Shown here: positions 45,790-53,199 of the stretch, piece by piece | How positions within the stretch are numbered: position 1 is the first letter of the stretch | How the letters are laid out: the number at the start of each line of letters is the position of its first letter | DNA from: a virus | Lineage: Duplodnaviria > Caudoviricetes | DNA: 53,199 nt | Strand: one strand, 5' to 3' | IMG/VR virus record: IMGVR_UViG_3300025668_000008 | Span: 1-53,199 of that record | Notes under the pieces: generated by a model | What the model saw: the letters and a program-made list of their open reading frames with translations, nothing else | The model's database searches: none | Told to the model about the DNA's origin: nothing | Translations under genes and position numbers: made by a program

Positions 45790-46551
45790 ATGAGCGCATT
45801 TCATGGACCAAGAATAATATTAGACAATTTAGTACTATGCTTAGATGCAAGTAATCCTAGGAGTTACCCTGGAACTGGAGATAAATGGTATGACTTAAGT
45901 GGCAATGGAAACCATGCCACTCAGGGAGGATCTTCTACGTATTTGACATGGAATAATAATGGATATTTTGAACATCGCCCAACTAATTATTTTGGAGCAG
46001 CGAGTTCTAATGCAGGTGCTCCAGATTCTGGTGGTGCATTTTGGACAATTCAAGATTCTGCAGAGTTAAGACCAAGTGGTGCAGGTTGGACTGTAAATGG
46101 ATGGTTAAAAGTCATTGGAGATCAAACTGGAAATGGAACTGGTTGGTTTCATAAGCAAGGTGCTGGTGACGAAAGAGGAATTCATTTAGAAGCAATTAAT
46201 GGAGCGTTTCGTGCTAACGGAACTAATGGATGGTCTCAGATCAATCAAGATATTGATACCACTGGCATATGGCAGAATTTTTGTTTTACGTTTACTCAAA
46301 CTTCAGGAACATACGGTACTAATGTTGGAGTATTAATATTTTACGTAGATGGCGTCGAAATTACAAGAGATAGTGATTTTACTCCTCGCGTTGATGCGGG
46401 TGCAGTAATTCAACTTATGAGAAGAAATGGACATCTTAGACATTTTCTAAATGGTGATGTTTCAAATTATTATTACTATACAAAAACTTTAAGTGCTACT
46501 GAAGTAAAAATAAACTATGATGCATTAGCACCTAAGTTTTCTATTTTATGA
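45790..46551 (+). CDS. LamG/ConA-like lectin-domain protein (253 aa), putative adhesin
   Basis: LVLCLDASNPRSYPGTGDKWYDLSGNGNHA; WTVNGW, WQNFCFTF, FYVDG and LSATEVK.NY motifs. Confidence 0.82.
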   Translation: MSAFHGPRIILDNLVLCLDASNPRSYPGTGDKWYDLSGNGNHATQGGSSTYLTWNNNGYFEHRPTNYFGAASSNAGAPDSGGAFWTIQDSAELRPSGAGWTVNGWLKVIGDQTGNGTGWFHKQGAGDERGIHLEAINGAFRANGTNGWSQINQDIDTTGIWQNFCFTFTQTSGTYGTNVGVLIFYVDGVEITRDSDFTPRVDAGAVIQLMRRNGHLRHFLNGDVSNYYYYTKTLSATEVKINYDALAPKFSIL

Positions 46552-46556
46552 TCAAT

Positions 46557-46564
46557 TATAAATA
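46557..46564 (+). promoter_or_regulatory. T4-type late promoter TATAAATA
   Basis: Exact consensus in the intergenic spacer; AGGA RBS-like motif; ATG at 46589. Confidence 0.85.
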
Positions 46565-46588
46565 CACATATAGGAAAAGATCTGATCA

Positions 46589-49500
46589 ATGGCAAATACA
46601 GATAAGGATATTCTAATCACTCCTAATGTAGGAGAAGTAGATGATCCAAAAATTGAGTTTAAAGGATTTGATAACAATCCTATTACTCTTGGAGTAAAAG
46701 ACGATAACTCAGTTACGTTTACCGCAACTGGTGGTCAAATACTCACATTAGATACTAACACCACTACCGGTGATTCATTCTCTGCTAATGATATTTCTGG
46801 TATCCCAGTCATGTCTGCAGGATTAGATGGTGTTGCAAAATTGAGTCCTTTCGGAGGTAAAACTGCTGTTGGTGGGTCTTCTGCTGTTGCAAGATTACAC
46901 ATCCATCAAGATACTTTCAACACAGCATCACCAACATTAGCATTTCCAGACAGTAGCAATCCAAGATATTCTGCTGGATTTTCATCTATTAATGTATCTA
47001 ATGTTGGTCAAAGATTAGATATTTATGCCGGTGATTCTGGAAATAATGCAAATAATTTGACATCAGATTCTGTTGTCATGTCTGTTCGTGCAGACAAACG
47101 AGTTGGTATTAATACAACATCTCCAAACTCTCCTCTTGATATTGTAACTCTTGACAGTGGAGTAGATGCAAACCAAGCAGAAATAGGTCCAGAATTGAGA
47201 TCTAGCGGTGGCGAGTATCGCTGGAGATTTACAACCAATACTGATACCAGTCGTTGGTATTGGAAATTTAAAGTTCCTTCTAATACATCAGGTGGAACTA
47301 ATGATGCAATATGGATGAGATCCAGGACTGATAAAAATGGTCCTGAGCAACAGCGATTTAATGCATGGGGAAGAAACTACGATGATTCTACAGAACAATT
47401 AAGAACTATCATGTATCTTGATAGTTATCGAGTAGGCATTAATCTTACTAGTAGTTTTGATGGATTTGCTCAGTTAGATGTTAATGGTCCTACGAGATTT
47501 CGTGAAAATGTAGGTATAATGAGATGGGGTCCTTCTGCATCTCATATGATTAGAGGTTATCATCAGATTGATTACAATGACTCTGGTCATTCTTTAATGT
47601 ATCTGTTGGGTTATTATAATAATCGTCAACAGCACTCATGGCGTACTAATTATGTAACTAACAATACATCATATTACAGAAACTGGAGTACATATTTTGA
47701 GTCCAATACTGGTTCCACTCAAGGTGGTAGACCAAGATATCAAAACCCAATTAACTCTATTACAACTGCACAAGGCGTAAACACTAGTGATTCTAAAATT
47801 ATTTTTGCAGATGTAATGAAACAGTATGGTCCTATTGGATCAAACTACGAAGATGATGGATATAGAATTGTAAAAATTGAAATTACAAATTATAGTAGGA
47901 CTGCTACTGAAAATACAGATGCAAATGGAGTTGGGTTAGGTACATTTAGTTTAAATAACGTAACTAGAAACGTTTACGTTTATATTGAAAAGACCACTGC
48001 TAACTCCTTAACTGGAGCAGAGGAAGGTCATAAGTTTATGTATAACCAAGGTCTGACCTTAGTTAATACTGGACTTGGTACTGCTGCAGGTGGAACTAAT
48101 GGAGATATTTTAGATAGTGGTGGTAGTCAATCTGGTACATTTAATAGAAACATTAATTGCTATAGACCATCATCATCAGAAACAGATCCATATCCAGAAA
48201 GATTTCTTATTAGATTAACTAATCCTGGTTGGGATGAATTATTTACTGGTACAGTAAATGCTGCAGGAACATATACATTCACAAATGGTTCTACCGTTAA
48301 CCATGTTCCTGCAGCAAATGCTAGAGTAAAGGGACGTTGGAATAGAATGGGTCTCTTTAGCACTGGAACTGGTGCAAATACTGCGCTTGATGTTGGTTGG
48401 AACGATAGATTTACTTGCTACTACTTACCTCCACAGGGAACTTCCCTTCCTTATTCCACAACGGTTCCTGCTAATGGTGCAGGTTCGGGTGAACGTGGTA
48501 AAGCGATGTATATTGATACTACAAAGAATGCTTCTTACAATATAACGTCACAGACAGGTTACGGAACTGCGTATGGTGACTTCAGTAATAGTTGGCAGAA
48601 CATTCCTGCTCAAATGTATGTCGGGAATGGAAACCAACAAGATGCATATCTCGATAGTATATATGGAGGTCTTAATTATCTATATTCTAGAATTGGATAT
48701 ACTGACAAGAGAAACTATGCATCTGCATATATTGGATACGGTGAGGTAGTTCGTGGTCTTGCATATAACTTATATGGAGGACGTTTCGTTAATCCAAGAG
48801 GGTTTAGAGCATTCTGCAGAAACTACCGTAATGGTAGAATGGATAATGCATATGCATTTGAAGCTGATAGTTACAACGGACTTAGTTCATCTGCAGGTGG
48901 TCTTCCTGGATACACGGCAAACATGTATTCATATACAGGATATCAAGACACAAGACAAGGTTCTAGAACAAACAACATGAGAGGTTTGAACATCTCTCAA
49001 AGAATTGGTACTAGTATTGAGGATAGAGTGTATGGAACAACTGTAAACTCTTGCTATGGTGCCGTCATCTATACTAGAATGGATGGTGGTACAACTTCTA
49101 CCATGCGTGGTTTACAAATTAGTTTCAACCTACGTGGTCTGAACTGGAGAACTGCTGATAGAGATAGTGCAGGTAACATTCCTTCTAACGTTACTTCAGA
49201 ACATTATGGAATCTATGTAACCAATGAAGCAAGAAACTACTTCTCAGGTCGTGTAGGCATTGGTACAAACCCAGCATCTGGTATTCAACTTGATGTTACG
49301 GGTGAAATGCGTTGCCCAACAATTACCACTAACACTATTAGATTCCGTCAGACGGGTTATGGTACAAACTCTGACCCATATGGTTTCAGATTTGTAACTC
49401 CATCTAGTAACGTTTCTAGATTAGAACTTCACCTAAATGATGATAGTAACGAAGAATTTGCTATCTATGGTTACTCTTGTGCTGGATATAGTTGCGGTGA

Positions 49501-50092
49501 GTGGTCAGGTAATAAGTATCACTACTTCAGATCAAATGGTGATGCATTCCACTCTGGAACTCTGACCAAAGGATCTGGTACATTCCGCATTCCTCATCCA
49601 CTTCCAGCACTTACTGATACCAAAGATCTGGTTCACTCATTCGTTGAGGGTCCACGCCCTGATCTAATTTACAGAGATACAGTTGCACTAGTTAGTGGTG
49701 CTGCAACTGTAGATATTGATGTGGCAGTTGGAATGACACCAGGTACATGGGAACTTCTTTGCAGAGATCCTCAAGTATTTGTAGTCAATAATCAAGGATG
49801 GACCCCAGTTCGTGCTACGGTCACTGCAGCAGGTATTGTTACCATTGAGGCACAAGATCCTGCATGTACTGATACTATTGATTGGATGGTAATTGCAGAA
49901 CGTCAGGATGCTAAGATTAGAGAGGCAAATTGGACTGATGATGATGGTAGAACTATTCTTGAACCTGACAAGAAACGTCCAGAAGAGGATTATCCTACTT
50001 ATGAATCCTTCCTTGCTGAAGAACCAGAGAATAAGGCACGTTCATTTGAAGGTCAGGAAATCCTAGATCCTGAAGATGACATGCCTGAATAG
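46589..50092 (+). CDS. tail fibre / receptor-binding protein (1167 aa)
   Basis: MANTDKDILITPN N-terminus, repeated RVGI.T..P...LD[IV] fibre motifs, C-terminal FRIPHP...LVH...EGP...AERQD domain. Confidence 0.82.
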   Translation: MANTDKDILITPNVGEVDDPKIEFKGFDNNPITLGVKDDNSVTFTATGGQILTLDTNTTTGDSFSANDISGIPVMSAGLDGVAKLSPFGGKTAVGGSSAVARLHIHQDTFNTASPTLAFPDSSNPRYSAGFSSINVSNVGQRLDIYAGDSGNNANNLTSDSVVMSVRADKRVGINTTSPNSPLDIVTLDSGVDANQAEIGPELRSSGGEYRWRFTTNTDTSRWYWKFKVPSNTSGGTNDAIWMRSRTDKNGPEQQRFNAWGRNYDDSTEQLRTIMYLDSYRVGINLTSSFDGFAQLDVNGPTRFRENVGIMRWGPSASHMIRGYHQIDYNDSGHSLMYLLGYYNNRQQHSWRTNYVTNNTSYYRNWSTYFESNTGSTQGGRPRYQNPINSITTAQGVNTSDSKIIFADVMKQYGPIGSNYEDDGYRIVKIEITNYSRTATENTDANGVGLGTFSLNNVTRNVYVYIEKTTANSLTGAEEGHKFMYNQGLTLVNTGLGTAAGGTNGDILDSGGSQSGTFNRNINCYRPSSSETDPYPERFLIRLTNPGWDELFTGTVNAAGTYTFTNGSTVNHVPAANARVKGRWNRMGLFSTGTGANTALDVGWNDRFTCYYLPPQGTSLPYSTTVPANGAGSGERGKAMYIDTTKNASYNITSQTGYGTAYGDFSNSWQNIPAQMYVGNGNQQDAYLDSIYGGLNYLYSRIGYTDKRNYASAYIGYGEVVRGLAYNLYGGRFVNPRGFRAFCRNYRNGRMDNAYAFEADSYNGLSSSAGGLPGYTANMYSYTGYQDTRQGSRTNNMRGLNISQRIGTSIEDRVYGTTVNSCYGAVIYTRMDGGTTSTMRGLQISFNLRGLNWRTADRDSAGNIPSNVTSEHYGIYVTNEARNYFSGRVGIGTNPASGIQLDVTGEMRCPTITTNTIRFRQTGYGTNSDPYGFRFVTPSSNVSRLELHLNDDSNEEFAIYGYSCAGYSCGEWSGNKYHYFRSNGDAFHSGTLTKGSGTFRIPHPLPALTDTKDLVHSFVEGPRPDLIYRDTVALVSGAATVDIDVAVGMTPGTWELLCRDPQVFVVNNQGWTPVRATVTAAGIVTIEAQDPACTDTIDWMVIAERQDAKIREANWTDDDGRTILEPDKKRPEEDYPTYESFLAEEPENKARSFEGQEILDPEDDMPE

Positions 50093-50142
50093 CGTTATAT
50101 ATAGTGTGTCATGATAATTACACCATTCTATAGGAGAAGCAA

Positions 50143-50364
50143 ATGACAGTTACTGAATTGATTACTCAATTTGAAAAAAATATCAAAGAACTCGTTGAAG
50201 AAATTCGCGAACTTGATACAACTCTTTCGACAAAGAAGGAAGAATTTTTTCGCCTACAAGGTGCCATCGAAGGTTTGAAGATGGCAAAGGAACAAGCAAG
50301 TGAAGGTGAGGTTGAATTAAATTCAGGTCAAGAAGAACTTATCACACAACATGTAGATAGTTAA
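50143..50364 (+). CDS. small coiled-coil protein (73 aa), possible fibre chaperone
   Basis: AGGAG RBS; heptad pattern ending RLQGAIEGL. Function is inferred from position. Confidence 0.75.
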   Translation: MTVTELITQFEKNIKELVEEIRELDTTLSTKKEEFFRLQGAIEGLKMAKEQASEGEVELNSGQEELITQHVDS

Positions 50365-50371
50365 TGAATTG

Positions 50372-50402
50372 GTCCTCTGCTAAATAGTTAGAGGACTTTT
50401 TT
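50372..50402 (+). terminator. intrinsic terminator
   Basis: Stem gtcctct (50372-50378) / agaggac (50390-50396) followed by six T. Confidence 0.8.
50379..50386 (+). promoter_or_regulatory. late promoter variant GCTAAATA in the terminator loop
   Basis: TAAATA core ~27 nt upstream of the gp13 ATG. Confidence 0.65.
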
Positions 50403-50413
50403 AATGCGTATAC

Positions 50414-51217
50414 ATGGCGCAACCAGCAAGTAAAATAGAACTAAAAGAATATTGTTTACGTAGATTAGGTAAACCAGTTCTAGAAATTAATGTAGATGAT
50501 GATCAAATTGATGATTTAATCGATGATGCTATTCAATTATTTAATGAGCGTCATTATAATGGCACTGAAAAAGTGTTTTTAAAACATCAGTTTACTGCTG
50601 ATGATGAAACACGTTTTACTACAAGTAATGAAACTCTTTCAATTGGAACTACCGATTGGGAAACGAGAAATAACTATATCCCTATCCCAGATCACATTAC
50701 TGGAATCAGTAAAGTATTTGGAATTAAGGGAAGCAATATAAGAAGTAGTATGTTTGGATTGGAATATCAGTTATTTTTAAATGATCTTTATCAGTTTGGA
50801 TCTGTTGATATTTTGAGTTATTATATGACCAAATCATATCTAGAAACACTAGATATGGTTTTAAATAATGGTAACTTTATTCCATATAGATTCAATCAAA
50901 GACAAGATCGTCTTTATATTGACACTACAACTAAATTTGTAAAGGAAGGTGCATATGTCATTATTGATTGTTGGAGAGCATTAGATCCTACATCATATAC
51001 TCAAGTATACAATGATCCATTTTTAAAAAGATATTGCACTTCTCTAATTAAAAGACAATGGGGACAGAACCTAATTAAATTTCAAGGAGCACAACTTCCG
51101 GGTGGCATTACTTTAAACGGTAGACAAATTTATGATGATGCGGTTGCAGAACTCAAAGAAATTGAAGCAGAGATTGCTTCCAAATATGAAATTCCACCTC
51201 TCGACATGATCGGATAA
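50414..51217 (+). CDS. gp13: neck protein gp13
   Basis: ELKEYCLRRLGKPVLEINVDDDQIDD...IKRQWGQNLIKF.G.QLPGGITLNG...PPLDMIG. Confidence 0.95.
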   Translation: MAQPASKIELKEYCLRRLGKPVLEINVDDDQIDDLIDDAIQLFNERHYNGTEKVFLKHQFTADDETRFTTSNETLSIGTTDWETRNNYIPIPDHITGISKVFGIKGSNIRSSMFGLEYQLFLNDLYQFGSVDILSYYMTKSYLETLDMVLNNGNFIPYRFNQRQDRLYIDTTTKFVKEGAYVIIDCWRALDPTSYTQVYNDPFLKRYCTSLIKRQWGQNLIKFQGAQLPGGITLNGRQIYDDAVAELKEIEAEIASKYEIPPLDMIG

Positions 51218-51218
51218 G

Positions 51219-52103
51219 ATGGCAAAAAATACTTATTTTAGACACGGAACAAGAAATGAACAAATGCTCCAGCAATCGCTGGTAGATGAGTTTGTCAAAA
51301 TGTTTGGTCTTGATATTTTGTATATTCCTAGAAAAGTTATTGCTCAAGATACTGTTTTAAATGAAGAAATTATTTCTGAATTTGATGATGCATATTTAAC
51401 ATATGCATACTTAGAAAATAATGAAGGATTTCAGGGTGCTGGTGATATATTAACAAAATTTGGAATCAGATCTACTGATGAGATTACTCTCACTTTGTCT
51501 AGACAAATGTTTACTGATTTTATTGCTGTCCAAATGGAAGCAGAATCTGACATTCTTGTTGGTTCTAGACCTCAAGAAGGAGATTTAATTTATTTCCCTC
51601 TTACATCTAATTTGTTTGAAGTTAAATTTGTAGAGCACGAAAAACAATTTTATCAATTTGGAGCATTATACACATACGAATTAAAATGTGAACTCTTTGA
51701 GTATGCAAATGAAACTGCAGGCGGTGATATTTTTGAAAGTCAGGACAATGAAGGATTCATTATTAAATACTATTATGATAGAGAATCTCTTAGCGGTGAA
51801 CCTACTCTTGGAGAAATGGTTACTGGTTCTGTGACTGGCGTCACTGCATTGATTAATAAATGGAATCCCGATAGTGCTTATGTTGAGTTAAGAACATTTA
51901 CGGTAACTGCTGATAGTAGTGAATTTCAGATCGGTGAAACTTTATTAGGAAGCGATTCTGGATTCTCTATAAATATTTCTAGCTTCGACGAACTAGATAT
52001 TAAAGATGCATATGCATCTAACATTGAATTGGAAGTAGAAGCAGACGGAATTTTGGACTTTACAGAAATCAATCCATTTGGAGAATTTGGAAATAGGAAC
52101 TAA
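51219..52103 (+). CDS. gp14: neck protein gp14
   Basis: N.YF..G...EQ, YIPRK, LTKFGI, RPQEGDLIYFPL..LFEVKFVEHE..FYQ.G and DFTE.NPFG motifs. Confidence 0.95.
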   Translation: MAKNTYFRHGTRNEQMLQQSLVDEFVKMFGLDILYIPRKVIAQDTVLNEEIISEFDDAYLTYAYLENNEGFQGAGDILTKFGIRSTDEITLTLSRQMFTDFIAVQMEAESDILVGSRPQEGDLIYFPLTSNLFEVKFVEHEKQFYQFGALYTYELKCELFEYANETAGGDIFESQDNEGFIIKYYYDRESLSGEPTLGEMVTGSVTGVTALINKWNPDSAYVELRTFTVTADSSEFQIGETLLGSDSGFSINISSFDELDIKDAYASNIELEVEADGILDFTEINPFGEFGNRN

Positions 52104-52105
52104 TT

Positions 52106-52912
52106 ATGCTAGGAACATATCAATACAATCAAGTTATGAGAAAGAGTGTCGTTGGATTCGGCACTCTATTTAATAACATAGAAATTCGTAAGTATCATGA
52201 TGATGGAACAGTATATCAGAGAATGAAAGTTCCTCTAGCATATGGTCCTCGTCAAAAGTTTCTTGCCCGTTTAACGGAACAACCTGAACTTGGAAGAGCA
52301 AATGCAATTACTCTTCCCCGTCTTGCATTCGAGATGACTGGAATGACTTATGATCCGTCAAGAAAGCAGAGTCCGGTTCAGTATTGTTTAACTGAAGAAA
52401 ATAGCACTGGTCTAAAGAAAACATTTATACCTGTGCCATATAATCTCGAATTTGAATTAAACATTCTTAGTAAAACTCAAGATGATTGTTTGCAAATTGT
52501 AGAACAAATTGTTCCTTTCTTTCAACCTTCTTTCAATCTTAATATGAAATTAGTTGATGAAGCAAACATTAGAAAAGATATTCCAATTGTTCTCAACAGT
52601 ATCACGTTTGATGATGATTATGAAGGAGATTTTGCTGTTAGAAGATCTCTAGTATATACATTAAGATTTACTCTTAAGACATATATTTACGGTCCTACTT
52701 CAGATACAGGACTTATCAAGAAAGCAATTGTTAAAGATTATCCAACAACAGATCTTAACATTGCTAGCAGACATAGAAAATATGAAGTGCAACCAAAAGC
52801 ACTTGAAGACAAAAATAACGATACCGTTATTGATGCACTCGATGATGCACTCTTAGTATCTGGTGATGATTTTGGATTTAGTGAAACGTCAGGTTTCTTT
52901 GAGGATGTATGA
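52106..52912 (+). CDS. gp15: tail sheath stabiliser / tail completion protein gp15
   Basis: FGTLFNNI, KVPLAYGP.QKFLARL, LPRLAFEM and QIVEQI.PFFQP motifs. Confidence 0.95.
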   Translation: MLGTYQYNQVMRKSVVGFGTLFNNIEIRKYHDDGTVYQRMKVPLAYGPRQKFLARLTEQPELGRANAITLPRLAFEMTGMTYDPSRKQSPVQYCLTEENSTGLKKTFIPVPYNLEFELNILSKTQDDCLQIVEQIVPFFQPSFNLNMKLVDEANIRKDIPIVLNSITFDDDYEGDFAVRRSLVYTLRFTLKTYIYGPTSDTGLIKKAIVKDYPTTDLNIASRHRKYEVQPKALEDKNNDTVIDALDDALLVSGDDFGFSETSGFFEDV

Positions 52913-53199
52913 AGGAAACCTACGACGGAATAGGAGATGCGTTGAATGTAGAAACAGAAATTGTTCCTGCATCAAAACCAATACCAAAGAAGAAACCTGA
53001 GCGTCTTATTGATATTGATCATGATGTCAAAAAAGATTACGACTATACTAGGGGTCAACTATACGATGTCATCGAGAAGGGTCAGGAGGCGCTCTCAGGT
53101 ATCTTAGACGTGGCAAATAACACCGACCACCCTAGAGCATATGAAGTTGCTGGACAGTTAGTTAAGAGTGTTTCAGACGCTGCTGAGAAATTAATTGAA
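52909..53199 (+). CDS. gp16: terminase small subunit gp16 (partial, runs off the window end; absent from the ORF track)
   Basis: ATGA overlap with the gp15 stop; translates as MKETYDGIGDALNVE...KDYDYTRGQLYDVIEKGQEA...HPRAYEVAGQLVKSVSDAAEKL. Confidence 0.92.
   Translation, partial: MKETYDGIGDALNVETEIVPASKPIPKKKPERLIDIDHDVKKDYDYTRGQLYDVIEKGQEALSGILDVANNTDHPRAYEVAGQLVKSVSDAAEKLIE

Noticed and set aside
3177-51347. Many 60-130 aa minus-strand and alternate-frame ORFs in the ORF track
   Set aside because: They lie within or across long + strand genes, show no recognisable motifs, and are expected shadows of Gly/Thr/Ser-rich codon usage.
1-53199. tRNA, rRNA, CRISPR array, invertase-type fibre switching or stop-codon recoding
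   Set aside because: Intergenic gaps are about 50 nt or shorter, no spaced repeat array, recombinase or inverted cassette was seen, and the genes translate at full length with the standard code.

Overview
AT-rich segment of a T4-like myovirus genome, most likely a marine cyanomyovirus (Kyanoviridae-type gene order); the host cannot be proven from this window. All credible genes are on the + strand and form the late virion-structure block: gp25, gp6, a giant gp7-like protein (3533 aa), gp8, a VrlC/DUF4815-like protein (2085 aa), small adaptor and coiled-coil proteins, four fibre-like proteins (740, 3092, 3502 and 1167 aa), an acidic orphan, two LamG/ConA-like proteins, then gp13, gp14, gp15 and the start of gp16. 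T4-type late promoter motifs (TATAAATA and variants) precede most gene blocks. The main observation is that the 3502-aa fibre carries three helical domains that align by eye with the globin core of phycocyanin/phycoerythrin beta subunits and keep both bilin-attachment cysteines (C-x-x-D at the beta-82/84 position and C-x-x-V-x-x-x-I at the beta-153/155 position). The paralogous 3092-aa fibre carries two cupredoxin-like domains with a complete amicyanin-type copper ligand set (H...C-x2-H-x2-M). Together these suggest a possibly pigment- and copper-decorated virion, which is a hypothesis. The fibres also appear to be built by nested domain insertion. All family assignments come from visual motif recognition and remembered reference sequences; no searches were run.
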